Under the pieces are notes generated by a model that was not told the DNA's origin, searched no databases, and saw only the letters and a list, made by a program, of their open reading frames with translations. DNA of 64,000 nucleotides, from positions 1,600,001-1,664,000 of the forward strand of contig OZ244922.1 of NCBI GenBank assembly GCA_965221905.1. The letters run 5' to 3'. Within the stretch, counting starts at the first letter, position 1. Each line of letters opens with the position of its first letter. Shown here piece after piece: positions 11,800 to 21,224 of this stretch. The position numbers and the translations under genes are program-made. Source of the DNA: Chloroflexota bacterium (GTDB taxonomy: Bacteria; Chloroflexota; UBA11872; VXOZ01).

Positions 11800-11894
11800 T
11801 CGCGACCGGTATCGTTTGGGGTAAGGAGGTGGATCGGCAAGGTAGGTCGGCTTACGACAGCGTGTAGTGTGCACAAAGGAGAGGGTCACGCGCT

Positions 11895-12824
11895 ATGGAC
11901 GGTCAATTTATCGTCTTAATAGTTATCTCTGTTGTTCTGTTTCTCTGGCTAGCGTACTCCGCGATCAAGATTGTGGCGGAATATGAACGGTTGGTTGTCT
12001 TCCGGCTGGGACGCGTAATGTCCGATCCGCGGGGGCCGGGGTTTATCTGGCTCTGGCCGATTATCGACCGGCCGGTCCGCGTGGACTTTCGCGAGCAATT
12101 TCTCGAAATTCCACAGCAAAACTGCATTACCAAAGACAATGCCCCGATCCTCATTGACTTTCTCATCTATTGGAAGGTCACCGAAGCGACCGACAGCGTT
12201 GTCCAGGTGGCGAACTTCGCGGGGGCCTCGCAAGGTATTGCCACCACTACGCTCCGCGCCGTAATCGGTGACATTTCCTTAGACGACGTGCTCGCAAAGC
12301 GCGAGCAGATAAACACCGTCTTGCGTACGAAGCTCGATGATGTTACCTCGCGCTGGGGGGTAAAGGTCACTACGGTAGAGATTCGAGAGATTGTGCCACC
12401 ACGCGAGGTGCAAGACGCGATGAACCGTCAGATGTCTGCCGAGCGTAACCGGCGTGCAATGGTCACCGAGGCCGGCGGCCAGAAGCAGTCGGCAATCCTG
12501 GTGGCTGAGGGCGCCAAACAGTCTGAAATCCTAAAGGCGGAAGGCGACCGTCAGGCAGTGATCTTGCGTGCCGAGGCGGAGAAACAGGCGCAATCGCTCC
12601 GCGCAGAGGGTTACGCCACTGCCATAGACCATGTATTCCAGATTGTGCAGACAGTGGATTCGAATACGATGCTCATTCAGTACCTGCAAACGCTGCAGAA
12701 TATGGCCGAAAGTCCCTCCACCAAGTGGATCTTCCCCATGGAATTGGCGACACTGGCAGGAGGCCTGAGCGGTATCGTTGATTCGGCACCCAACCAGCGG
12801 CGGTCCAACGGCAGCGACTCCTAG
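11895..12824 (+). CDS. SPFH/band 7 (stomatin/QmcA-like) protein
   Basis: N-terminal TM, ERLVVFRLG, ITKDN, TTLRAVIG, AERNRRA, AEG repeats. Confidence 0.95.
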   Translation: MDGQFIVLIVISVVLFLWLAYSAIKIVAEYERLVVFRLGRVMSDPRGPGFIWLWPIIDRPVRVDFREQFLEIPQQNCITKDNAPILIDFLIYWKVTEATDSVVQVANFAGASQGIATTTLRAVIGDISLDDVLAKREQINTVLRTKLDDVTSRWGVKVTTVEIREIVPPREVQDAMNRQMSAERNRRAMVTEAGGQKQSAILVAEGAKQSEILKAEGDRQAVILRAEAEKQAQSLRAEGYATAIDHVFQIVQTVDSNTMLIQYLQTLQNMAESPSTKWIFPMELATLAGGLSGIVDSAPNQRRSNGSDS

Positions 12825-13102
12825 CAAGGACGTGTCGTGCTTTGGAGCCGGTAAGTCGCTGTGGGAGATGATGGTGGCCGACATTTTTTGTCAACCGGAG
12901 ACGTTCGCGGGAGGGCAATGTCACTTCCCCTCATTGAAGCGCTGTGGGCTGAAAATAGTGAAGCGACACTGATCTTCACTAAACAATTGGGGTTCTGTAT
13001 GGCCGGCGGCGTGCTCTCTAGGATGCGCGTGTTTAGGGCTACGGCTGAACAGCCGGCGGGTGTTCGTGGATGTCCATACACGTACAAGCGCCATGGTTTT
13101 CC

Positions 13103-14455
13103 CTAGACAACATGCTGTGTGCCGAAGCCCAGGCCCGGAGCTGTAATCTGTGCGGTGGAGATAGTGCCGTTCTCTACGCCAAAGAGGTCAGGATAAGCCT
13201 GTCGCGCGTCGCGCGATGCCTGGGGGTAATATTGACGGGAGTTGTACTCCACGCCGGCGAGGGTGTAGCTACGGGCGGCTAGTCCGGCTGATTGAATGAA
13301 GGCGATGCCGGGGTTCGCCAAGTCTTGTACCGAATAGGGGAGGTGATGGTCTGTAGCTTGGGCGATGAGAAGGAGGCAATGAGATTGTCCCTTGCCGGTC
13401 TTCAACGCAACACCACTCCAGCCACTGTCCCGTATCTGCGGAAATTCATCCGGACCCGAAATCCCTTCGTCAACCACGACCGGCTTGAGTCGGCTCAGTC
13501 TTTCCAAAACGGCACGCTCCGGGATGGCCTCGCGGGAGATGGGCTGCTCGACATAGAGCAGAGTCTGGTATGCTGCCGGATCACGCTCTTCGAGGTGCTT
13601 AAGATAGTCTTCAAGGTACATTAAGTCTGTGCATTGCTCGTTGAAATCCGCGGTAAGCATGAGCCCCGTTTGCCTGCGTTTTGCCAGGACTTCGCGTGCG
13701 AGTTTAGCCACGTCGAGCGTACGCTCTAAGTCCCAAGTTAGATCTCGTCCGCTTAACTTTAGCTTGAAGCAGTAGATGCCATCTTTGGCAATCCAGTCTT
13801 CAAGGGCTATCGGCAGGCCATCAGCGGGGTCACTACTGGAGATCTCTTGACGAGAGAGCTTGTCAAGGCCTCCGACCAGGTGAAATATCGGCAGTTTCTT
13901 GGTGTATTGAGGTCGAAGGTAGTCCGCGGGGTACTTGCCTACGAATTCTTGGCCGAGCCATGGAGAAAGGTCGGTAGTCATCGCCTCAGCACCATAGAGC
14001 GTGTAGGTGTCCTGTTCATATAGGTTCCCATAGGCATCGTGTAAGGCCGCGTCCAGTGGCGAGGCAGCAACGACTGCGGCAAGCTTCGGTAGCGTAAAGG
14101 GGAGAGATGCATTCCGGCTGGCTGTCCCCGTAATCTCTGTAAGCGCTGTTTGCACGGCCATACCCAGCTCAAGCGGATGTCCCCACCGAGACTGACGTTC
14201 CAGCCAGGATGCAACGTGCTGGGCAACGGCACGCATGGCAGCGTCTTTAGCCTCGTGAGACACTGCCGGATCAGGAAACGCCCAAAGGTCTGCTAGGAAG
14301 ATACCGCCACGTCCAGTCGCCGTGTGCCCCTCCGGCGATACCACTTCTACCTCCGCGAGACAAAAGGTGACTTCAGACATCTCTACGGCGCCGTATTTGA
14401 TCGGTGTCCGCGCTGTATAGGTCTGGAAGGAAACTGCCGCTCGCTCTACCCGCAT
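13103..14455 (-). CDS. Enolase superfamily (mandelate racemase/MLE-like) enzyme; start probably ATG 14455
   Basis: KxK (FKLK), metal ligands DFNE / EQP / DE, ALKTGKG, GLG C-terminus. Confidence 0.85.
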   Translation of the reverse strand: MRVERAAVSFQTYTARTPIKYGAVEMSEVTFCLAEVEVVSPEGHTATGRGGIFLADLWAFPDPAVSHEAKDAAMRAVAQHVASWLERQSRWGHPLELGMAVQTALTEITGTASRNASLPFTLPKLAAVVAASPLDAALHDAYGNLYEQDTYTLYGAEAMTTDLSPWLGQEFVGKYPADYLRPQYTKKLPIFHLVGGLDKLSRQEISSSDPADGLPIALEDWIAKDGIYCFKLKLSGRDLTWDLERTLDVAKLAREVLAKRRQTGLMLTADFNEQCTDLMYLEDYLKHLEERDPAAYQTLLYVEQPISREAIPERAVLERLSRLKPVVVDEGISGPDEFPQIRDSGWSGVALKTGKGQSHCLLLIAQATDHHLPYSVQDLANPGIAFIQSAGLAARSYTLAGVEYNSRQYYPQASRDARQAYPDLFGVENGTISTAQITAPGLGFGTQHVV

Positions 14456-14605
14456 CAATAGCTTGGTTCCTATGGTATTGATTGGTTGAATCGGATTTTT
14501 ACCTTTCACCAAGTGCGACTCTGACAGCGATCAACGTATTGTCTCTAGCCTCTCGATCTTGGAGACCGACAGGACAGCGCCTCGCGCACGGTAGTCCAAT
14601 GTACG

Positions 14606-15622
14606 CTAGGTACTCCGGGCAATGCCTTCTAGGGTGAGGAGCGGGGTTACCGGTCTACCGCTAAAAAAGTTGAGGAGTTGCGTGGCGACATTCTCAGCCA
14701 CTTCGTTGTACCACGTGTCAGAGACGTTACTGGAACCGTGGGTAAAGAGAACGTTCGGCAAGGTTTGAAATACCGGATCGAGCCACAGGTCTGTGCGCAA
14801 GGGAATGAGATTCAGGGCGGCATAGAGTCTTTGTGCCTTGACAAGTTCACAGAGTGCGTCCTCATCTACAATGGGCATGCGCGAGTTCACGATGAGCAGC
14901 CCACGCGGCCCCAGTAGTTCCAACATGCTCCGCGTGACGAGACCCGTCGTTTCCTGCGTCCACCCACAATGCACCGTGAGTATGTCACTCTGCTCCGCTA
15001 GCTCTTCAATGCTGTCCAGCATCGTCACGTTGAGCCGCCGGGCGAGCGTGAGGTCAATGTACGGATCGTAGCCGAGTAGCCGCACGTTGAAGACGGCAAG
15101 CATCTGCGCGAGAAATGAGCCAATGGGGCCGAGGCCGATAATCCCGATCGTCTTTCCATCCATGCCAATACCGACTGTCTGAATGCGATCGAATTCGCGG
15201 TCCTGTAGATATACAAATTTCTCGTGTGAATACCGCATGTGGTATCCCAGCGCCAGCATCATCCCGATGGTGGCCTCGCTCATACAGCGGGCATAGGCAT
15301 GAGCAGAGTTGGTGAGCAGGATACCCTTTTTGAGAATAGCTTCATGGGGAATGACCTGCTTGACGCCACCTTGTGCATGCACGACCAACTTCAGCTTCTG
15401 TGCACGCTCGATACTGTCGTCCGAAATCTCTGGAGTACCCCAGCCGGTGACCAGCGCGTCAGCGTCCAGGATCAGCGCCTCTACTTCCGCCTTAGTCGGC
15501 TTCTCCGACTCTTGCAGCACGATGTCAAAGCGATCGCCGACTAGCTGGTAGAAGATGTCGTTGATGTTCTCGTGGCGCGTGCGCGGACTAATGACTACCG
15601 CTACGCGAGGTTTCGTGGTCAT
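14606..15622 (-). CDS. D-isomer-specific 2-hydroxyacid dehydrogenase family protein (divergent)
   Basis: TGWG, GIIGLGPIG, YDPY, DILTVH, NSR..VDEDAL. Confidence 0.85.
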   Translation of the reverse strand: MTTKPRVAVVISPRTRHENINDIFYQLVGDRFDIVLQESEKPTKAEVEALILDADALVTGWGTPEISDDSIERAQKLKLVVHAQGGVKQVIPHEAILKKGILLTNSAHAYARCMSEATIGMMLALGYHMRYSHEKFVYLQDREFDRIQTVGIGMDGKTIGIIGLGPIGSFLAQMLAVFNVRLLGYDPYIDLTLARRLNVTMLDSIEELAEQSDILTVHCGWTQETTGLVTRSMLELLGPRGLLIVNSRMPIVDEDALCELVKAQRLYAALNLIPLRTDLWLDPVFQTLPNVLFTHGSSNVSDTWYNEVAENVATQLLNFFSGRPVTPLLTLEGIARST

Positions 15623-15799
15623 AAGGCAGCTCCCGAAACGTGTTGCATGGATTCAAGAAGGCCCGACATATACCGCGCAGAGTGAAAGCAAAACGGCTAT
15701 CTATGCACAAGCGTATTACGTGCGATTCAAACTGCGCCGCCGATCACTGGTGCGGGCTTCTGGGTCAAGCATGGAACAGGGCCGCTGCGCAATTTCCCA

Positions 15800-15842
15800 A
15801 TCCCGTGGTAAGGGGGCATGCCATGCCCCCTTACCACGGGAT
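15800..15842. repeat. Perfect 21-bp-arm palindrome (GTAG-like REP derivative)
   Basis: atcccgtggtaagggggcatg-c-catgcccccttaccacgggat. Confidence 0.9.
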
Positions 15843-15943
15843 CATCGGTTCCGCCCGCGTAGCGTGCCGTGGGGCGCAGCCCACACGCGCGCCGACGGGT
15901 TCGCTACGTCCTCATACCTGAACGCAGCCCAAGGAACTGCACC

Positions 15944-17353
15944 CTATGCGCCAAGCTCCTGCCGCCGCTTGGTCACAATCTGATCTATTTCGGCATCTGT
16001 CGTTTTGAGACCCTCTTGGATTGTAACTGCGCCCGTCATCATATCCGGCAGGTGCTTGATGAGCAGACGAAATGCCTCATATCCCGCCGGGATAGCTTCG
16101 CCAAACGGCACTCGATACGGGATTTGACTGGATTGATGGAGCAAATGGGGATCATTCTTCGTGAAGGCTTCCGACTCCGCCACCGACTTGAGGACCGGTA
16201 CGCGGTCAAAGCGCTGGCAGAATGCCAACACGTTTTCCGGCCGGGTGATGAACTCAAGCAGAGTCCAGGCAGCATCCGGCGCCTCTGAATCTGCAGCCAC
16301 AAAGTGGACGTGGTCGCCGCTCAGGCTTGCCGAATTCACGGCATTCGGCGGTTTCGGATGCTCGGTTACCGTGAATTTAAGTTCGGGCGCTTCATCGAGC
16401 AAGCTCTGTGAACGCTCGGAATATGTCATATAGATATTGGCGAGCTTGCCTTCAGCAAAGGCAACCGTGCGCGTGGTGCCAGAGGGGCGGACCAATTTCT
16501 GAAAGTCGCGGATTGTCTGCCAGCCACCCTGCATTTCGTAGATCTTCTTGACCCACTCATGCGCCATGATGCCCAGTTCATTATTGAGCGTAGACTTGGT
16601 CCGCTCGGCATTGAATGTCTCACCGCCCATCTGATAATACGGCACCAGCCAGTCCCAGTGGCCGCCACTGCCAAAGGCCGGCGGGTAGCCTGCTACTTGG
16701 AGCGAGCCGTCAGCAGCCTGTTTGGTCGTCTTCGCGATGACCTCCTCAAGCTCTGCCCAGTCTTGCGGACCGTTCGTATAGTCGAACCCGGCGGCGGTGT
16801 ACAGCGGTTCATGCAAGTACATGGTACGCATGTCAGGCGCATACGGCAGTCCGAACACGCGGCCGTCAACCCATGTCATGGTCGCCATGAAACTCTGGTA
16901 GAGATCGTCTGGGTCTATGGACGAGGTCCTGATAGAGTCGTTGAGCGCGCTTACGAGATTTGCCAACCCGAGGTCTACCATCTCAAAGTCATCTAAAGAC
17001 GTGATGTCGATGGGTTGACCGGCAGCCACCGAGGTGAGAAAGGCTTCGCGGCGGTTGCTGGTATGCGGCTCGAGGTTTAGCTCGATATCCGGGAATTCTT
17101 CCCGGAACGCCGCGATAATTAGTCCGGGCGGCTCATTGTCTTCATGCCACCTAAAGAACGAATGGGCAAGAAAGTGCACCGCGCCAGAGACCTTGGCCTC
17201 TGGCATAGCCTCTGCTTCTTTGGCCTTGGGCTCTTCTGCTGGTTTTTCTGCAGGAGCCGGAGCGGCGGTAGGAGCACCGCAGGCTGCGACAAGTACGGGG
17301 ACACCGACGCCGGCAACTACCAGCATTGACCGGCGTGTTACGCGCGTAGCCAT
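15944..17353 (-). CDS. Extracellular solute-binding lipoprotein, Tat signal
   Basis: TRRSML + VAACG lipobox; paralog of 5517-6908 (GSGG..W.VP..Q.GG, FDRVP). Confidence 0.9.
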   Translation of the reverse strand: MATRVTRRSMLVVAGVGVPVLVAACGAPTAAPAPAEKPAEEPKAKEAEAMPEAKVSGAVHFLAHSFFRWHEDNEPPGLIIAAFREEFPDIELNLEPHTSNRREAFLTSVAAGQPIDITSLDDFEMVDLGLANLVSALNDSIRTSSIDPDDLYQSFMATMTWVDGRVFGLPYAPDMRTMYLHEPLYTAAGFDYTNGPQDWAELEEVIAKTTKQAADGSLQVAGYPPAFGSGGHWDWLVPYYQMGGETFNAERTKSTLNNELGIMAHEWVKKIYEMQGGWQTIRDFQKLVRPSGTTRTVAFAEGKLANIYMTYSERSQSLLDEAPELKFTVTEHPKPPNAVNSASLSGDHVHFVAADSEAPDAAWTLLEFITRPENVLAFCQRFDRVPVLKSVAESEAFTKNDPHLLHQSSQIPYRVPFGEAIPAGYEAFRLLIKHLPDMMTGAVTIQEGLKTTDAEIDQIVTKRRQELGA

Positions 17354-17453
17354 GAATCGTGTCTCCTGTCATCAGCGTATACCGGTCGAACGTAGCACCG
17401 TGGGCAAACCTATATAGCGACCGGTTACACTATACTGTTTAGTATTGTTCCAG

Positions 17454-17482
17454 AGTATAGGCCTATTAGAGCACTATGTCAA
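17454..17482 (-). promoter_or_regulatory. Sigma70/SigA-type promoter for the SBP-dehydrogenase-enolase unit
   Basis: Minus strand TTGACA (17482-17477), 17 nt spacer, TATACT (17459-17454). Confidence 0.75.
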
Positions 17483-17513
17483 CATTAAGTACATCTAATG
17501 TACCAATTAATGT
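17482..17513. promoter_or_regulatory. Candidate operator (AT-rich dyad) for the adjacent ROK regulator
   Basis: acattaa-gtacat-cta-atgtac-caa-ttaatgt nested inverted repeat abutting the -35. Confidence 0.5.
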
Positions 17514-17551
17514 GGGAAATTACTCCAGTATTTGAGTTTGCGGGCTAGTAC

Positions 17552-17580
17552 TTGACCTAAGTCTTGTGCCGCTATAGCAT
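17552..17580 (+). promoter_or_regulatory. Candidate promoter of ROK regulator
   Basis: TTGACC, 17 nt spacer, TAGCAT. Confidence 0.55.
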
Positions 17581-17626
17581 GATGCAGCGGTATGGTGAGA
17601 GGAGAAACGGTGTCTCTCGATGAGGA

Positions 17627-18844
17627 TTGGTGGTGCAGCCGGTGTCGCTACAGGCAGAAAATATGTTACGGCTCTCCAGCCGGGCACGGGTGATTCGACA
17701 TATCCTGCGGTTCGGTCCAGCAACTCGTGCTGAGCTAGCGCGCGCTCTCGAATTAAGTAAGGCTACTTTGACGAAGGTAGTAAACGTGCTTCTCAAAGAG
17801 GATGTGTTGACCGATGGCGCATTGGACACGGTGGCACGCTCACGGCGTCGAAAGCTGCAGGTCAACGGTTGTCTTGGTACCGCAATTGGTGTCGAGCTGA
17901 CTGCTGACTGCGCTATGTTGACAGCAACTGATCTCACCGGACGGATCCTCCTCTTTCGTGAAATCGTGCATCCTTCGGCTGACATCAGCTCCGATGTGCT
18001 CATTGCACACCTCACACGCCAACTGCAGGAATTGATGTGTGCGCTACCGGCGCGCGCAGGACCGGTGACTGGTGTCGGCGTGGCGCTGGCCGGTCTGGTT
18101 GATGAGGAACGTGGAATCTCTATCCGTCTTTTAGGACTGCGCCACGTTGACATGGTGCCCTTAGCGGACCGCCTTGCCGCATCACTACAATTGCCCGTGC
18201 ACGTTGCCTGGCGGGCCCACGCGGCGGGGTTAGGGGAACTGGCATATGGTGTGGGCCGCACCCGCGATGATTTCCTTGCAGTCCATGTCGATGACGGTAT
18301 CACCGTTGGTACTGTATTCGGTGGGAGATTGCTCCTCGGTGAATCACGGCTGGCCGGTGCCTTAGGCCACATGGCAGTGGCGGAAAATAGGCGGCTTTGC
18401 GTCTGTGGAAACTATGGGTGTGTGCAGACGGTAGCCTCGATACCGGCAATTCTCCAACAGGTACGTGAGTCGTTGAAACACGATGTGGTGTCATCGCTGA
18501 GCTCTCTTCAAGCAAAACAGGGACTCACGTTTATGGATGTTGTGCAGGCTGCACAGAGGGGTGATCGCCTTGCGCTTACGATCCTTGAAGAGGCGGGAGA
18601 CTATCTGGCACAGGCGCTTGCAAATCTCATCTATACACTCAACCCAGGTACGGTTGTTTTTGGGGGCAGTATTACGGACGCAGGCGAGTTGCTTCTTGAG
18701 CCCATACGCCGGGGATTACGCAGGCGTCTGCTCAAGGGACTCTATGATGTGCTTGAAATCAAAATGACCGACTTGCCGGTGTGTCCTGCCGTAATGGGGG
18801 CAGCATGGCTCTGCGTCCAGTCCTATCTAGGATTGCTAGAATGA
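17627..18844 (+). CDS. ROK family transcriptional regulator (NagC/XylR-like)
   Basis: N-terminal wHTH (TRAELARALELSKATLT), ROK core with GH...CVCGNYGC. Confidence 0.92.
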   Translation: MVVQPVSLQAENMLRLSSRARVIRHILRFGPATRAELARALELSKATLTKVVNVLLKEDVLTDGALDTVARSRRRKLQVNGCLGTAIGVELTADCAMLTATDLTGRILLFREIVHPSADISSDVLIAHLTRQLQELMCALPARAGPVTGVGVALAGLVDEERGISIRLLGLRHVDMVPLADRLAASLQLPVHVAWRAHAAGLGELAYGVGRTRDDFLAVHVDDGITVGTVFGGRLLLGESRLAGALGHMAVAENRRLCVCGNYGCVQTVASIPAILQQVRESLKHDVVSSLSSLQAKQGLTFMDVVQAAQRGDRLALTILEEAGDYLAQALANLIYTLNPGTVVFGGSITDAGELLLEPIRRGLRRRLLKGLYDVLEIKMTDLPVCPAVMGAAWLCVQSYLGLLE

Positions 18845-18984
18845 TGTGCCAAAATCCGCCCGGTTTAGTCCCACCCACCTTCTCACTGTTGTAGCCTTAT
18901 CCGCGAGGGGGCCTCGGCGCGAATCCCCTCCCTACGTTGGTGAACTCTCAGCAGTGACCGTATACGTGTACGCTGCCGGCGGTG

Positions 18985-20178
18985 CTACACGCCGCTTTCG
19001 TCTGTGACCACGCGCGCGGCGGCGAGAGCATAGACCTTCGTAGCAGTTACCATCTCTGCGATGCTGATGCGCTCGTCGGGCACAACGCGCCAATCGCTTG
19101 GGCCATAGACGATGGTTGGGATACCGAACCGCACGATGTCAGCGGAATCGGTGACATAGCTGCTTACAGGTAGTCCGGCGGAAGTAGCAGGCTCTTTCCC
19201 TGTAACAGCGCGGTGCGCCTGGGCCGTAAGCCCAACGACCGGCGCATCGGGGTCGATCCGGAATGGGCGCTGGTATACTAACGTGCGAACATCGGCACGG
19301 AAATCGGGATCGTCGTCTGCGATGCTCGCGATTACTTTCTTGAAGTCTGCAGTGAGAGTCTCGGCGGTCATGCCGGGTATGATGCGCACGTCGCCCCGCG
19401 CGACGCATCGTTCGGCAGTGCGCGAGGGCGCGGTACCACCGGCAATCTCGCCGACCACAAGGCGCGGCAGTCCTTCAATGGCGTGGGCGGGATCGAACGT
19501 CAGTTCGCGTTCGTCCAGGGCGGCGAGCAACTTTAGCATCTTGCCGGTCGCATCCGCACCCCCTTCGCGTCGGCTAATGTGCTCGGCAACACCGTGGGTT
19601 GTTAATTCGAATTGCCACGCTCCGCCGTGGGCAAGCTGGAGGCGCAGCCCGGTCGGCTCACCGTTGATTGCCATGGCGAAAGGCCTATCGTTAGACGCAA
19701 GAAAGAACTTCGTGCCTAGTCCGCAAACGTCATGATGCACTACGGCGGACACGACCACGTCGCCTGACGGCCGTATGTCGGCGCGCGCAATGGCCTCGGC
19801 CGCCTTGACCAGGCAGGCAACCGCGCCCTTCATATCGGTTAGCCCGAAACCATAGAGATAGCCGTCTTCTACGCAGGCGTCATAGGGATCGCGCGACCAC
19901 TTACCCGAGGGCGCGCCGGTGTCGAGGTGGCCGTTGAGCAGGATGTTGGGGCCGCCGCCGCTGCCGCGCACGACCCCGATGACGTTGGGCCGGCCCGCCA
20001 CGACATCTTGCAGGTTCACTTCATCGAATGCGCCTGACTTGCGCATTTCAGCGGCGAGATAGTTGGCTACTGTGCCTTCATTTGGGATCTGGCTCGGAAT
20101 GCGCGCTAGACCGCCGGCAAGTGCTACGAGATCATCCGTGTCGATGTGGGCGAAGAGATCGTCTGGGCGAAAATCCAT
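18985..20178 (-). CDS. M20/M25/M40 family metallohydrolase (ArgE/DapE-like) with atypical active site
   Basis: NGHLDT, GLTDMKG, GEPT; the usual (D/G)EE motif reads VHHD. Confidence 0.85.
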   Translation of the reverse strand: MDFRPDDLFAHIDTDDLVALAGGLARIPSQIPNEGTVANYLAAEMRKSGAFDEVNLQDVVAGRPNVIGVVRGSGGGPNILLNGHLDTGAPSGKWSRDPYDACVEDGYLYGFGLTDMKGAVACLVKAAEAIARADIRPSGDVVVSAVVHHDVCGLGTKFFLASNDRPFAMAINGEPTGLRLQLAHGGAWQFELTTHGVAEHISRREGGADATGKMLKLLAALDERELTFDPAHAIEGLPRLVVGEIAGGTAPSRTAERCVARGDVRIIPGMTAETLTADFKKVIASIADDDPDFRADVRTLVYQRPFRIDPDAPVVGLTAQAHRAVTGKEPATSAGLPVSSYVTDSADIVRFGIPTIVYGPSDWRVVPDERISIAEMVTATKVYALAAARVVTDESGV

Positions 20179-20346
20179 GGTTCCTCCACGTGCCTGGGCG
20201 GGGCACTCTTATTGGACTCTGACTTGAAGGAAAGTATACTGTAGAGCAATTCTCCTGTCCTGCAAGCAGACTCATGAGTGAGTCATTGTTTCCATCTCCA
20301 TTCCAAGTAACTGTGTATAATGGGCGCGGACGAGAAAGGAATTCAG

Positions 20347-21096
20347 ATGGAAGTCGTTACGGTGCCGTCGTACGCGGAACTAAGTCTGCGTGCGGCGGAT
20401 GTTGTCTGCAAGGCCATTAGAGAGAAACCTGGTCTCATACTGGGATTACCCACGGGCGCGACCCCACTAGGAATGTACCGACAGCTTGTATTGGCACATC
20501 AGCGCGGGCGTGTAGATTTCTCGCGCGTGCGCACGTTCAATCTCGACGAATACCTTGGTTTGGGAAGGGACCACCCCGCGAGTTACCACACGTACATGCA
20601 GGAACGCTTGTTTGCTCAGGTCAATCTCCCACCGCAACAGGCACACGTTCCAAATGGGGCCTCGCCGCAACCCAAGGAGGAGTGTCACGCGTATGAGGAG
20701 GCAATCGCGGGCGCGGGGCATTTAGACCTGGCGGTCTTGGGTATCGGACAGAACGGGCACGTGGGCTTTAATGAGCCGGGAACTGAATTGCAGGCGAACG
20801 TTCACGTTGCCGACCTCAGCGCAGATACTCGTCGACTTGCGTACGATTGCTGGAGCGAATCTGCTCCAAATCTGTTTCCTACCCTGGGTGATTTTCCCGG
20901 GCGCGCCATGACGATGGGTATGGGGACAATCCTGAAGGCCGAGCGTATTTTGCTGCTGGCGAGCGGAGAGTGCAAAGCGCAAGCAGTATCTCGGGCCATG
21001 AATGGCGCGCTCACGCCGCAGGTGCCTGCCTCTCTTCTCCAACTTCATCACCACGTTACGCTGCTCGTTGACTGCGAGGCGGCGGGGCTGCTTTGA
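20347..21096 (+). CDS. nagB: Glucosamine-6-phosphate deaminase
   Basis: LGLPTGATP, TFNLDEY, LGIGQNGHVGFNEPG, PASLLQLH; RBS aagga before ATG 20347, TATAAT at 20316. Confidence 0.9.
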   Translation: MEVVTVPSYAELSLRAADVVCKAIREKPGLILGLPTGATPLGMYRQLVLAHQRGRVDFSRVRTFNLDEYLGLGRDHPASYHTYMQERLFAQVNLPPQQAHVPNGASPQPKEECHAYEEAIAGAGHLDLAVLGIGQNGHVGFNEPGTELQANVHVADLSADTRRLAYDCWSESAPNLFPTLGDFPGRAMTMGMGTILKAERILLLASGECKAQAVSRAMNGALTPQVPASLLQLHHHVTLLVDCEAAGLL

Positions 21097-21224
21097 GCTG
21101 CACGCTGGTTAGCGGCTTTCGCTCCCATGCACTGCAATCCCAGACCACACCAGGGATGCTGGGCCACGTGGGCGGCTTGGAAGGAAACCGCGCTGGCGCT
21201 GCCGTGGCGCATGACTTGGCCGCG

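Noticed and set aside
10468-12824. NfeD-SPFH pair, split transketolase and adjacent accD-accA as novelties
   Set aside because: All are well-known conserved arrangements
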